A DNA stretch of 60,720 bases, counting the filler, from Sphacelaria rigidula (taxonomy: Eukaryota), in NCBI GenBank assembly GCA_964200075.2. It is 7 parts of 7 records of this genome, joined end to end, with 100 filler letters (N's around TTAATTAATTAA, not from the genome) between each part and the next. Parts side by side here need not be neighbours in the genome. Positions count along the whole stretch, not along the records: positions 8,690 to 17,278 come from CAXNAA020010680.1; positions 17,379 to 25,967 come from CAXNAA020010681.1; 5 more parts are not named here. One strand, written 5' to 3'. Positions 13,001 to 26,067 of the stretch are shown here, piece by piece. The first letter of the stretch is position 1. Each line of letters begins with the position of its first letter. Under the pieces are notes generated by a model. That model had not been told where the DNA came from and searched no databases. It saw only the letters and a list, made by a program, of their open reading frames with translations. The position numbers were made by a program, and so were the translations under genes.

Positions 13001-16000
13001 AACAGGAGGCCACGGGCTCGAAAAGAGTAACAGGCATGGTGAAGAGTCAAAAGCATCCGCCCTATTCATGGCCCCGCTCTGCTCGGAGATCCGCGACAGG
13101 CTTTGGCGCTGAACGCGAACTCGGATGATAGCCTCACCTGACAGACGATATTTGGGTGTGAACGAGAGCAGGCAGAGCCCACCTCATCCTGCGTAGCATG
13201 TAGCATGCCGTTGATTTCTTGCGGTCTACGGTTCCAGACTATTTTCGTACGCTGCTTTTTTTTTCGCTGGTGCGGGGGAAAAGCCGTTCCGTCACACCGC
13301 CCCTTGGAACTACCGGCCAGAATGTAGCGACTAGACTCTAGTATATTTCCCGGCAAAAAGTGGTGATTTTATTCACCAGCTGGGCCAGGCTAGAAACGCG
13401 TTGAAGATGTCAAAGCAATATCTGATCGACATGGACGAGTTCGGCCGTGATCCGCATATCGCATTAATCTTTTATACAAGAGGGAAGGTGCCCATCTACT
13501 ACTCCACAGTCCAGGCCAGTATTTTCTCGTTAATTAAAACCCATGTTTATGATCGTAATTCCTATATATCGTACGGAGATGGCGTCCATACTCAAATCTA
13601 CATGCAACCCCGAACGACACAATTCAGCGGGTGACGACGAGTTATGGTGTGGACATTCATGGAGCAGGGGGAGACAATATATTCCGTCACCTTGGCCTAC
13701 TTCGTGATTTATCTCGATATATGGTGCACATAATGATTCATACTAAAATCAATATACTACGAGCAGAGGCACTAAATGCCCCAAATCCGGATGCAAGTAT
13801 CGCGTCGCAGTGTTCGAAAGTTGTGCTATGAAATTTCGCACGAAGAACGGCTAGTGTATAATAAAATAATATATATATATATATATATATATACATATGT
13901 TTTCGTTTTTTCAGGAGAGTTTCGAGGAGGATTGGACATCGCTCTTGGGCCTTATCTCAATTTTTTAGCTCGATTTTCAGAATTATGATTTGAAAGTTAG
14001 CATGTAGAACCAGAGGGGTATCCTGTCATTTTTTTTTTGGAGAGCTTCGGGCGTTTTCGTATGAACGTTGTCGTCACCTTATCAAAACGCCCCAAACCAA
14101 ACAAAAAATATAGAAATACCAACCTAACCCACTATGCTCGTTCGTTTTGCCCTAGCGAGGTCCCACACGAAATTTCAATACACGAACAACAAACATGGGC
14201 CGGTAAGTAGCCTGCAAAATACTGTTCCGATTTTTTTTCACTATCCCGGTCACTAAACGGCCCACTCACCGGCCAATTTTTAGAGTTGGAGCCTAGAATT
14301 TGGTATGGGCATTGAATAGGGCATAATAAAATAAAATAAAATAAACGAGTGCACCGAAAGAGTTTTTTTCAATGATTTGAGAGCAATAATCAGTTTTCAG
14401 TCATCAACAAAATGCCATTAACACGTGAAACACGGAATGGTGCACTCGTAATTTTTTTTATATGCCCTGTTCATGGTACATACCAATTTTTAGGCTCCAA
14501 CTCTAAATATTGGCCGGCGAATAAGCCTGCAAAGTACAAATTCGCCGCCGGGCTGGCACAGCTCGTACGCCATGACCATGGCAATAGTCGTTTTCTCGGT
14601 GTCCTCGAATCTACTTGTACCAAAAGATTCAAATTTAGGAGAAAATACAGTGTAGGGAATCGCAGACTGAAGAGGACATACCAGCTCGCGCCGGCCCGCA
14701 ATTGAGCGAAAAATGTGTAAACAGGAAAGGTCTAAGAGAGCTACACGGATTGAACAATGTACGGAAACACCTGCAGCAACTGCCAATGCCATAGACATGA
14801 TGAAGAGTCCCCTCCCCCCTCCCCCCTCCCCACCCCCACTACAGGATGAGGGTCGAGTACCAAAATAGTGACAAAAAGCAGGGTCATATCCAAATTAAAG
14901 CTCTCGTGTGGGAGGGGTTGAGAAAGTCCCAGCAATGTTTGTGAGGGAAAATACGGAAATATGTGCAAAACCCTGCTGCTGCTGCTGCTGCTGCTCATGG
15001 ATGTGGCTATATATCTCGCCAGAAGTATTAATGGTGCCCGTTGGGGTCGTGGAGTCGAAATGTTTCCTTTATGCCGTTGCTGCCGTGGCCGCTGTGCGTT
15101 TGGACGGATGAGAGCTTGTTTGAACTACTTTAAGGCGGGGTGGACGGTGGCGGGAGTTGAGAAGATCGAGAGAGTGTCCATAGGCCGGTGGCCCGTTGAC
15201 TTCACTGGGCAAGGGAGAGGCACCTAATTCGACCGTCGTCGTCTTGCTGGTAGCGTTGGATAATGACAGAAGGGAGCGCGTTCTTGGCCCTGTTCGCCGT
15301 ACTAGTAGGAGTGCTGACTGGTGCCGCGATACCCCCCCCTTAAAAAAAGTGCACGGTAAGGACGAATCATCACGACTACGAATCACGAGATTCACGATTT
15401 CTTCGGCCTGATTGCCCAAAAGGGAGAACAAATTTGACCGCTGGTCCAAGGGGTATCCACGCGACTTTTGCGCCATTCCACGTGTCTGGGCTGCGTGTAC
15501 CTGGGTTGCAACGCTGCAAACAGAGCCTAGGGATTGATTCGTACGAGTCGAATCAGTTACACTGAAACCAAGTAATTTCCAGACGAATCATCATTCGTCC
15601 GACCCTTGAAAAAGTGGCTGGTTTGAAGAGGCATACTTTACATGTTTATCTGAATGGCGAAAGCCCAACACACCGTGCAGCTCGGAACGCTTGGGACCGC
15701 TTTCGCCAATGTCTCCCATGTAAGGCGCTTCGTGTAATCTGAAAGCAGGTATCATGCGATCTATGTCCCTTTTCTTCGCGACAGTTTTGAGGCTGGGCTA
15801 AATACGCAGCATTACTCTGCTGTTGTTTGGCTGGCCAAAGGAGTACGCCAGAGTCCTCACTACCTCTGTACATGCGCCGATCAAAGTCGACAAAAACAGC
15901 AAATGAACTACGAAGAGAAAAGTACAGGTTTATGCTAACGTTGTACAAGAAACACAAACATATCCCCGTAACTTTTTTTTTCTTCCTTTTTTTGTCTACA

Positions 16001-16745
16001 TTGTTCCGATTTTATTCTCGCGGGTTATTCGTTGGTCTACGACATTTTTCTAGTCATGAACCCTTCGGGCGCCAGGGCGGGTCATCCAGGCCTTGCACTT
16101 AATTTGCGGGTGAAAAAATGATGTTCGATTCGAAAAATGGCCCGCCCTGGCTGTCATATATTTTAGCACCGTCAATCGACACAACGTGGTGAAAACCTCA
16201 TCCTGGTATTTCTTCCACGGTAAGGACGATTGATCACGACTAACAATCACCAAGTCCACGATTTCTTCGGCCTGATTGCCCGAAAGGGAGAAAAACGTTG
16301 ACCACTGGGCCAAGGGGTATCTACGCAACTTTTGCGCCATTCCACGTGTCTGCGCTGCGTGTACCTGGGTCGCAACGCTGAAAGCAAAGCCTAGGGATTC
16401 ATTCGTACGATTCAAATCAACTGTACTATTATAGAACCAAGTGATTTCTAGACGAATCATTATTTATCCAACCCTTGATTTTCTTTCACAAAATTACACT
16501 GACTGACTGACTGTGTCAAAGCATAGCCATCTGATGTGTTTCTCTCGTACGTGCTTTGTCGCCGCTCTTGTGTACATGGCCTGTTTCAACAGACACAAGG
16601 CAGGCTTTGGACAGCGACGGAGGGCGCCGCGGGCGTGCCGGAAAAACGGAACTCGATATCATCGCCCAAGTCGGAAGTCGTGGGGGATGACAGTTTGGTC
16701 GTTGGCAAGGGCATAATGATGAAAGGAGACGTTGACGACTGCGCG
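10047..16745 (+). CDS. Bactofilin (polymer-forming, CcmA-like) domain protein, 5' part; 3' exons off contig
   Basis: Phase-consistent exons 10047-10132, 10586-10691 and 16593-16745 with GT-AG sites give MLRRNRLLSDSPSAHFAPVAPSAGDSPPRAEPAGGVTPGELEELLNKKKLTQDEIMVIRQSMVQTQGRLW...DDSLVVGKGIMMKGDVDDCA. The last motif resembles the first bactofilin beta-helix rung (LIVGxGIxLKGEIxxCDxLxVEG). Exon 1 is less certain. Confidence 0.6.
14262..14522. repeat. Inverted-repeat (foldback/MITE-like) element
   Basis: ggccaatttttagagttggagcctagaatttggtatgggcattgaatagggcata (14271-14325) is a near reverse complement of 14461-14515. An inner pair aacgagtgcacc / ggtgcactcgta is also present. Confidence 0.8.
15352..16478. 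repeat. Two diverged direct copies of a ~260-bp repeat (15352-15610 and 16216-16478)
   Basis: Both copies share cacggtaaggacga...atttcttcggcctgattgccc...ttttgcgccattccacgtgtctg...agacgaatcat...acccttga. Confidence 0.85.
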
Positions 16746-17154
16746 GTGAGCTTTTGCCATGATTATTTTTTTCCTCCCTGGTCATAACCTAAACCACTCC
16801 CTTTCCTCGGAACGAGTCCGTTGTTTCGACGGTTCAACCAATCTCTCTCTCCCCCGGTACACGCATTTGCATGTTGCTCGCGGATTGGATCATGACTATT
16901 AATATCAGTACCACTCCCTCAACGCATCAACACTCGTCAAACAAATCGTTATATCAAATTTTCGACGCTGGTCACGTACGTCCCCGGGCTTTCAACGACC
17001 GAAATCAGATGCTCCCCGAGAACAAATCAAAGCTATTTATAAACGCAAATGGGCAAGAGTTAAGCCCACGTTTTCCCCGACCCTGTGGAGTCGGTTGTAC
17101 CGTTGAACCACCGGGGGGTGGCGGATTATGAAGTACAAGTATTACGATGACAGC

Positions 17155-17278
17155 TGCCCCCCTCCCCCCTGTGGTTAGACACCCATGAGGCAGTGTAAAA
17201 GGCGTGGTTGTCTTTGGAAGTGGCGATACCACAGAACAAAGCAACTCATTCGAGGCTGTCATCCAAATGCAAGATAAT
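17155..17278. repeat. Dispersed repeat, inverted copy at ~34835-34950
   Basis: cccatgaggcagtgta...ggaagtggc.ataccacagaa.aaagca.ctcatt...ggctgtcatccaaatgcaaga is present as a reverse complement in contig 5. Confidence 0.8.
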
Positions 17279-17378
17279 NNNNNNNNNNNNNNNNNNNNNN
17301 NNNNNNNNNNNNNNNNNNNNNNTTAATTAATTAANNNNNNNNNNNNNNNNNNNNNNNNNNNNNNNNNNNNNNNNNNNN
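17279..17378. other. Artificial contig-joining linker
   Basis: N44-TTAATTAATTAA-N44. Confidence 0.98.
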
Positions 17379-20179
17379 GGAACGGTGCTCCTTCCCGAAA
17401 GGGAAGCGTGGCCAATGGGCAAGCGACTAAGGCAAGCAACAAATGACCCCCCCCCCCCCCCTCCCTCTCCGAGCCTGGCCCGGCGAAAGCCCGGCGTGCT
17501 CCGTCCCGGCTGTGTCGGGATGCGAGGTCAATGGTCTCATGACTGCGTGATGCAAGATGATGATTTCACCCCCCTCCCTTCTCCATCCCTGGCTGGGAGC
17601 GGCCTATCTACGTCATTTCCACATTGGGTTGCTCGCGGGCTGTTGCTGCTGCTTTTGTTCCACTAGTGGCGGGTCTCCTATCGGTTCTCCTATTGGCTCT
17701 CCATGTAACAGCTTGATTCCCGTGACATAGGTCAGGTTAGCGTAGGCGCTCTCAACGCCACGCCACCTCAAGTTTCTGGGCTCCTTTCTCGACGCCCAGT
17801 TTGCGTTCGTTTTTACCCGCAACAGCAGTCCCCGAATCTTCTGGGTCTTTGGCCTACAAACTGAAGACAACGCACGTCCTTCGTCTTCCCTAGCGTGCGA
17901 ATAGATAAGCTCGAAGGCGTGTGGTTTCTCTTGGGAGGTGCTTTTCTCCCGGTGGTTTGATAGCCATCGTGTTGTGCATGTAGATGTTCCGCTGTGATGA
18001 CTGCAGACTGCATGGGTGAGAACAGCAGGCAAAATACTAGAGTTTGCGATTGTGTATGTACTCACGCGCCTGTCACGAGTCTACCGGTCGTATTCTGAAT
18101 ACGACGCCCCCGTTCGACACCTGCACGGCGACGATGACGCGATCACACTTGGGTGGGTGCGATGCCAGCATAAATATCCTCAAGCCTACATCATCTCACC
18201 GTCGATCAGCTCCACCGTCAACACCTCCCGCCGAAAAAACAGAAGGAAGAATCTGTCGTGCGGCGAGATATGACGCGCCGCACGGGCTTTTGGTGTGTTT
18301 CAGCGGTTGGATATGTACCCCCCTTCAATATCTGCGTGGTGTCGTCGACACAGAAGAACCGGCCACATTGACCGATCGTCCTTGCCGTGGCTATTATCAC
18401 CCAGATACGCTTGGACCGCAACAAAAACCAATCCCCGTTGATCAACACTGTGGGTCTGAGGTTACGCACCCCGCCCACACTTTCATCTTTTTCCCGGAAT
18501 GCGTCAGCTCGTTGAAACCACTCCAAACCTTTTTCAATCATACACGTGCATTGCACTCTACTTCGTATGGACATCTAATCATTCGGGATTGTAAGACATA
18601 TACACCAATATATGTGTATATATATATCATACGTCGGACGGATCAGCTCGTGACAGATCCCGGTCAGCTCATTTGGTGCGTAGATCATGATATGTCCGAG
18701 GTGTGCTGTCACCTGTGCACGCTTGTCCGATGCTGATCCGTAGGACCCACTTGACCCGTACATATTTGCCGAGCGACGAGCTGTACGACCCGCTTCACAC
18801 GCACACTTTCGTGTGCACCTGATCTGTAGAACCGTGTCATCTGTACAATATCACATAATTGTGAGTTATATCACTCGGGTCAGGCAAGCACAGTAGCTTA
18901 TCGTCGACCCGCGCTATTTGAATCTCATGTACACCAAAAGCTACCCCTCACCTGTGGAATCCGAATCTAGTACAGTATACAAGAAACACTTTCCCGCACC
19001 AGTAAGGTCTGGATCAAGGATGCAAGAAAAAAGTACTCAGCTCCCTCACCTGTTGACCTGTATGGCCCGGGTACAGTGCATGTTCACAAGTCCGAACGTT
19101 GGCTGTAGCGACCCGGGCACATGGAACATGAAGTATATATATTTTATTCCGAGTGGTTCCACGGTAGGGCTGTATTTATTTTTCGAAGATGTGCACTGTC
19201 GGCGCATCCGAATGAAGTATACAATAAGCAGTGTTCAGTATTCCTCACCTGCCAACCCGTATGGCTCTGGTACACTGTGAATGTTCACAGGTCCGTATGT
19301 TGACTGTTGACTATAGCAGCTACACGAAGTACATGTAATTTATTGACGCGGCACACATGACGTCATGACTGATCTTTATGACCCGTGTGATTCGTACATA
19401 CCTGTCTGATGATGACCTGTATGACTCGAGTATCCGTACAAACCCACCACGAGTGATTTGTATCATCTGTTGATCCGTGCATCACCTCCTCGGGTACACC
19501 CATGTAATCCGAATCAGGTGTACACGAAACGCTAAGAAGAACCTGTGTATCCTTGTAACCCGTACAAGATACCACCCTCCTGATCGATGATATGCGGATC
19601 ACGAGTACCTTCCCATAACTAGTTGCACTGTATCATCCGAATCGGGTACACAGGTGTGTTTACACTCGAGCTGTATGACCTGCGCCGTATAAACAATGAT
19701 CCGTCCGACGCGTGATGCACAATAAATATATAGAATATGTCGAACTCACGAGCGTCAAGCATACTTTGTAACGAGGAGTCCACGAGATTTATTGTTGATT
19801 TCAGTGTGCAAGTTCCTCCGCACCCGCCCCGGGAGATGACTATTCGGGCAAATGCCAATGCTAGAGACCCGGTTCGCGGATTCGTGCTTTACTTTGTGCG
19901 GGGGTACACATGCGTTCGCGACGGTTCGAACGGACGCGCGATCACGGTGGTCCTGTATTGTTTCCGGCGGGCATGAACATTTCGAGAGAGGATCTATTCT
20001 CACGAGGGCTTGGCAAGGCAAGAATACCGAGACCCTTGAAAAAGACGGACGGGAGCGGGGTGCAGCCCCGGGTCCCGTGCGGCTTGCATATGTGTATACA
20101 TGTGCAGTTGTACGTGTACTTGTGCTTGAAACGCCCTCCCGCCCTCCCGCCCTCCCGCTACCCCATACCGCGAACTCAG

Positions 20180-23100
20180 AAATGCCCGACTCAACGAATA
20201 CTTTGCCGTGGTGGGCATACCGGACGGCCCTCTACAAGTGTCGGAATCGCAGCTGAGCGCAACCAACGCTAGTGTGGGCACGACCCCCACCGCGTTTTCG
20301 TCCTCATGGAAAGTAGCCACCAAGAGGGCTAGCGATGCAAACATCGCCGCCGCCTCTGCTGCTGCTGCTGCCGTGGGAGACGGTACGGCCAGCTTCAGCA
20401 GCAATGTGAGCAGCGGCAGCGGCGGGGGCGACGGTAGCGGCGGAGGCGGGGGATTCAGCGACGATGAAGTGGACGAAACAGACGATGAAGAAACGGACAT
20501 CGACTTCTCCTCCACCACCTTCAACGTCACGAGCAGCGCGGCCCCGCCGTCGGCGGCGGGGCTGGGGGGTACTGTGAGAGGCACGATCAATCAAACGGCG
20601 GTTGTGCAGAGGAACCACACTTACGGGAGCTTTGAGCTGGGCGTTGTACGTACCCGGAGGAGAGGCAGCGGCGGGGGGGGTGTAGGGAGTGGTTTGTGGG
20701 GCGAAGAGGACTCGCCCTTGTTTGGGAGGTACCGGACTAGGGTGCTTCATCGGTTTCCGGCGTATGACCATGAAGGGGGCCCGTTCCCTACGAATTTGTC
20801 GCTGTTTTGTCTGCCAGGTGAGAATGTTGCTGGTTTCAAGGGATCAAGACGTGTTGTTGGTTGTGTGCTTGGGGGGAAAAACATTGATGAACGGAATTTG
20901 GAGCTTCAGGTCGGTCTTCCTGCTCGAAACGTCGTCTTCCAACGGTCACATAGATTGAGAAACGGGTAGGGCGAAATGTATTTCCGAGCATTGTGCTGAA
21001 AGTCGGTACGATTCAGCTGAATTTACTTCGAGAGAAGTCGTCGCTGACCAATCATGTTGATGCTAGTTGTTCTCTTTTGGTCGATATCGGGAAGCGGGGG
21101 CGAGAGGTATGGTCATCATGCGTCTTCACTTGCAAACACTACGACATGCTTCCGAGGACCAGGAAAAACATCAGCGAAGGGAATGCTTCTCTTCACCTGC
21201 TTGGTGGGGTACGTTTTTGTCGTTGGTGTTGTTGTTGTTGTTCTTGTCTTCACATTAAAAACCGTTTCGATATCTGCGCGGTACATTCGTCCTAGGCATC
21301 TGATGCGGACGCCTTTCGTGGTCGCAGGCTAGCTGCCTATGATGAGGTATGAGGAAATCATACAACACCAATTGAAGAAAATAGACCCAGAAGAAAACTC
21401 ACTACGCGATGCAAGCATAACAGGAAAAAGTAATGAGGAAGAAAGAGAAAAAATATGACTAACCTCAGAAGATCCGGTGCGGCACGGTGCCTATTCGGGC
21501 TTCCGGGGGTGGCGCCCGACTTTCCCACTCGACGTGCGAGGCCAAGTAGAAATGAACATAGGGTCCGACTATGGGCGAAACTCAAGGCCCAAAGACCACC
21601 AACGAAATAACTAAAAATCGCAAGGTTCTATCCTTTTTCGGCCTCTCGAGGGACAGCCATGCGTACAAGCATTCCAGGCATATGGGGCCGACACCGTATG
21701 ACATAATGACACCCACATGGCGTGAGATGTGAAGGAGAACCATAGCCGGAGCATGAAATGTGAAACAAAAATTCCCATGAAACATGACGGGATTTTTACA
21801 CTCCGGGACCAATTATTCATGGTACCTGACTGGCTGTCGAGAACCCCTGCTTGAAAAAACGAGGGATCAGTGACCCGACGAAGTCGAACGTTGTCGCTGT
21901 ACGAAACAATGGAGAAGTTCGTCCAACCAAATTATTGTCTTCACAAGTTACCTGCATCGATTTGATGAGCAATGCTACGGTTGGGGTTGCACTTTTTGGT
22001 TTTAGGTCTCTTTTTCGTAGGAACCCAAATATATGGGGCTTGGGGCTTTACTGTGCAACCCAAATTTGTGGGGACCGGACTCCCAGAAATATGCTGTTGC
22101 ACGCAGGGGCAATTCGTGAATCGGCGTCATTTTTTATGTTTTAAAAGGAGAAATGATGCCGATTCTCAAAATGACCGGTGCGTCCAACACCCCGAGCAAC
22201 CCGAGAAACGTTTTCGCTAAACAAAGTGCAACCCCTATCGTAACATTACTCTGATCCAAGTGATGGAACACGAAAGTTGTCGCAGACATGTCCCAATGAA
22301 TGAAGACGCTTTTGTGAGATGTTGTTGCCCGCAAGCAAACCTCGAAAGAGCCGACGCCAAACTCGCGGAGAATGTCAACAACACGTGGCATGCTGGAGTG
22401 AACTGTGCTTGTGTTTCTTGCGGTGTAACGCCAGCAAAACAAGCGACTCATCTCTCCTCTATTTGATTTCCCAAGGCGTGTTTGCAGCATGCCGTGAAAC
22501 GCGATACAGACGACAAGGGGGAGTCACCGCTCTGTCCGCTGTATTTCATGTAACTGATCAAGATGAATAAGTTGTCGGGTATATTTTCTACGAAAACATT
22601 CGGCGACAACGCTGTGCTGTTGGTGAGCCCGCCTGCGATCGCGTACTTCTTGATAGGGTTAGACGCTTCCCATCCTTTGATGATCTTCACACTGTGCACG
22701 CGCGCAGCTTTTTTGTTGTCTGTCATTCGAAGTCATTTCCCCGCACACGATTGATGGCGGACGCCACCGCGATAGATGGCACTTGCCGCGTAGATGGCTT
22801 GCTGATTTCATGCCAGCCTTGAAGATAGGCCCTTGGCCGCGAACGCATGCGGGGATGTTGGGATCTTTACCGCAACAACAGCTTTCATTAGAAGAACGAG
22901 TAATCATGAACGTGACGCGCGCCGGCATGCATACCATGAATTGGGGGACTCACTTTCGATTGCAGGTCTGAACAAGGAGGCACGCGTGAACGCGCATGTA
23001 TTTTTTTCGTTCAATATAGTCGTTTCCGCCCACAGTAGGAGAATGCCCGACTCGTGGAGTATTACAAGCCGAAATTTTTCCTAGTGCTATGTTTCGACCG

Positions 23101-23427
23101 GAAACTTCAAAACCTTTTTTTCAGGTCCATTAGTAACCCGTGCGTTCGTCAGCGCCGGTGGCCTCTGGTGTGCAGTATTTTCGCGCGCGGTGGGTTCAAG
23201 ACATGGTCGTATTGATATAGGTGCTTTTTTGCGGCCAACAAGTTGAGTTGGCAGGGGTTCATGTGTGCGTAAAATAATACCGTCGCCCCCCTACGTCCCG
23301 CACTCTCGCCTCTCTCACAGGCGGGTTGAGGCTAAGCCTGGATATGAAGCTGCCCACATTCTTCACCTTTGTGCACACGCGCGCCAACGGCCAGCGCATG
23401 TTTGGGTATTGCCTGTGCCTGTACGAG
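20180..23427 (+). CDS. DENN-domain protein (Rab GEF family), uDENN-encoding exons; partial
   Basis: Exon 20180-20817 encodes NARLNEYFAVVG...RVLHRFPAYDHEGGPFPTNLSLFCLP. Exon 23321-23427 encodes GGLRLSLDMKLPTFFTFVHTRANGQRMFGYCLCLYE. They join in phase 1 and reproduce the uDENN signature (YFxVVG...L.RFP..D....P..L..FC.P.G...FxFVxT...G.R.xG.CL..YE). Confidence 0.9.
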
Positions 23428-23904
23428 GTACGTACGAGAAGTCTGATTTTTTTTTGCTTTTCAACTGGAGCAGCTCAAACATTCAAAAGTATACAGGGGC
23501 AGGCAGTACAACCCCTTGGAAATATAAAATTCGAAATCAAATTTTCACGTTAGATTCGCGGTATGCTCACAAGTCCGCAGCTATGGATTTCTGGCTCCCC
23601 ACTAAGACTGATGGAAACTTGACCGACTCGAAGGGTGGGCGGGTGGGGGGTGAGAAGTGCGAAGGTTGGGACCCTTGTCATTGCTCCTGTTCTCATTTAC
23701 CTACAGTAGCGGTGGTGCCATATAGAAAGAGTAGGGAGGAGGGAGGTTGGACCCAGGACCTTGAAGGGTAGATACTGCTTGGCATAATTGATGTGCTTGG
23801 TAGGACACGTGGTATGTCCAGACAGAGTAGCCCGAGTGTTGAATAACGAACTTTGCGCACGAACGTTCGGATATGCTTGCTCAGGGATGGAACACTTTCC
23901 GATA

Positions 23905-24718
23905 CAGTAGTGGTTCCGCTATAGTGCCGGTCGAATAGTGCCGTGGTCCCTGTATAATGCCGATTTAATCGGTGGGGTCGGACGCAGCCCGGTGTAGTAC
24001 CGCTACCGGCACTACGCCGGGATGTCCCTATATTGTGCCGGTTTAGGGTCCGTGGATGAGTGAATAGTGCCGGTTTCCACGGAATAACATTCTCCACCGC
24101 ACACAAAAAAACACAGCTGTGCACACACGCAGACTCCTCAACCCCTACCAGCGATACCCCTACCACGCCACCAGTAGGAGCAAACCATGCCATGTGCTGC
24201 GGGAAAATACTGCAAGTTGTTAGGCCTCACCCCAGGACCCTCGATGGGTCATGAATGCCGCGGAGGGTGCGTTGGTCGGCCGCATGGCATGTGTGGTTCA
24301 GTCGAGGAGGAGGGTGGCAATGAAATGCATCGTGTCTGTCCGACGTGCACCGCGCGCAAGAAACCCGCTGTCCCCTTCAAGTCTGCTGCAAGTAAGGGAC
24401 CAAGTTCAAGCAGCGACGCTCTCGGTGAGGGTCATCGAAGCGCGCAAAACCTTCAGGAGGAAAGCAACACCCTAGACCGAAACCCGCTGGCTCCTTCAAG
24501 TCTGCCGCAAGTAAGAGACCAGACTTGAAGGGACCAGCGGGTTTCTTGCGCGCGGTGCACGTGGGATAGATACGATACATTTCATTCCCACCAATTCCAG
24601 TGCCGATATAATGCCGGTAGTGGCACTCTAAAGGGCAAAATCTACATAGTGCCGGTGCCCGCTGTAGTGCCCGTGAGCTCGTCTGGGCCGTACCGGCACT
24701 AAAGCGGGACCACTACTG
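23905..24718. mobile_element. Non-autonomous TIR element (Tc1/mariner-type MITE) with TA target duplication
   Basis: TA|cagtagtggttccgctatagtgccggt ... accggcactaaagcgggaccactactg|TA. It has subterminal (t)agtgccg repeats and a nested inverted repeat at 24319-24586. Confidence 0.8.
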
Positions 24719-25199
24719 TATCTGTTCCGATATCTGACATGGTGACTGATACGGACAATATCTACTTAGAACGGGATGTGGGTGGTCGGGGAACGCAAGG
24801 CTAAGACATGTGTTTTCGAAATAAAGCGTGGGGTCGGGGTTGCGCACCCGCTTTGGTTGACGGGAGCAGCATTTCTCTTTCGTTTGCTGTATTCCATGTT
24901 GCCACACGGGGTAGCAGTAACCGTAGGAGGAGGGGTGTGAGTAGATACCTGCAGACCAGCGTTAGGCGTTCGTGACTGTGAATAGCAAGAGGGTGGAGGT
25001 ACGATAAACATCTTATTCACAAACGAGCGGGTTGTAGGGTCAATCAGAGATCAATTTTGGAATTGAAGCGGGAAGGCACTGAGAGCCAAGGCTAACGGCT
25101 ATGCGATGGGACCGGATGGGCTACCTGCCAGACTTCCCAAGCTTAGATTAGTGCGAGAACCCTCGCCAATATTATGTAACGTTCACAGGATCATCGCTG

Positions 25200-25720
25200 C
25201 GGACTGGGCGTCTCACTAGGTTCCGCAGGAATGGAAGGACGCCACAAAAAAGCTGCTGCCAATGAGGGACAAGACCGAGTGCGGTTGATGAATGCTAGTT
25301 AAATGTTTCTCTGAGGGCCGCAGTTTCTGTGGAGGGGTGACGATTCTCCGGGAAGAAATGCGGATACCTGCGCCAACGAATCGACCATCATCATATCTTT
25401 GTCGAACGCCGACCACACGAGTTCGGACTGGCGAGCGCTACCACACCAAACGCGTGTTCCATCGATCAGCGGCAGGCGCAACTCCGTCGAACGCTCGCTC
25501 CTGTTCGAGATGCTTGCCCGTTTCAGAGTCCCGGCGCGAACGGCCAAGGCCATTTACATGTTCCGCGATGGAATGCGCACTTGGGGTACAGTTGGATGAT
25601 GACGGACTGTCAGAGTGATTCCACGCCTTCCAGGGACTAAGGCAGGAGGCCGTTTGGTCCCCGTTGTTCTCGAACACCTCCTTCGCAGCTGTGATCGACG
25701 TGCAATTGCAGCGGTTCACG
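25200..25720 (-). mobile_element. Decayed DIRS/Ngaro-like RT C-terminal fragment
   Basis: Frameshifted peptides DRWNTRLVW, FDKDMMMV and VLSLIGSSFFV parallel the WDTRLEVLGWxIDT...LxSLIGxLL region of tyrosine-recombinase retroelements. Confidence 0.45.
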
Positions 25721-25967
25721 GCAGACCCGACCGTATTCTAAGGCTTGGAATATCTATAATAGGCGATGTGCCGAAGAAAGAGGATGGCAGCCCCAAAGAA
25801 AATATGGGGCTGGCGAGGGTGCGGCGTGCGATATGCGCAGATGCCGCAGGCGGCGTAGTCACGAGGCCCTCAGGCCAGCTCGCTGAGATGGTACCTGAGT
25901 GATGCTACGGTAGGGGTACAGAAATAATTTCTGAGATTGGAATTGTTAGGAGCCCCTCATCTCATCC

Positions 25968-26067
25968 NNNNNNNNNNNNNNNNNNNNNNNNNNNNNNNNN
26001 NNNNNNNNNNNTTAATTAATTAANNNNNNNNNNNNNNNNNNNNNNNNNNNNNNNNNNNNNNNNNNNN
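25968..26067. other. Artificial contig-joining linker
   Basis: N44-TTAATTAATTAA-N44. Confidence 0.98.

Noticed and set aside
20000-20771. Minus-strand ORFs of 196 and 155 aa
   Set aside because: They are shadows of the low-complexity DENN exon.
22448-22937. Possible Copia RT/RNase H relic
   Set aside because: The resemblance is too weak, with no diagnostic motif.
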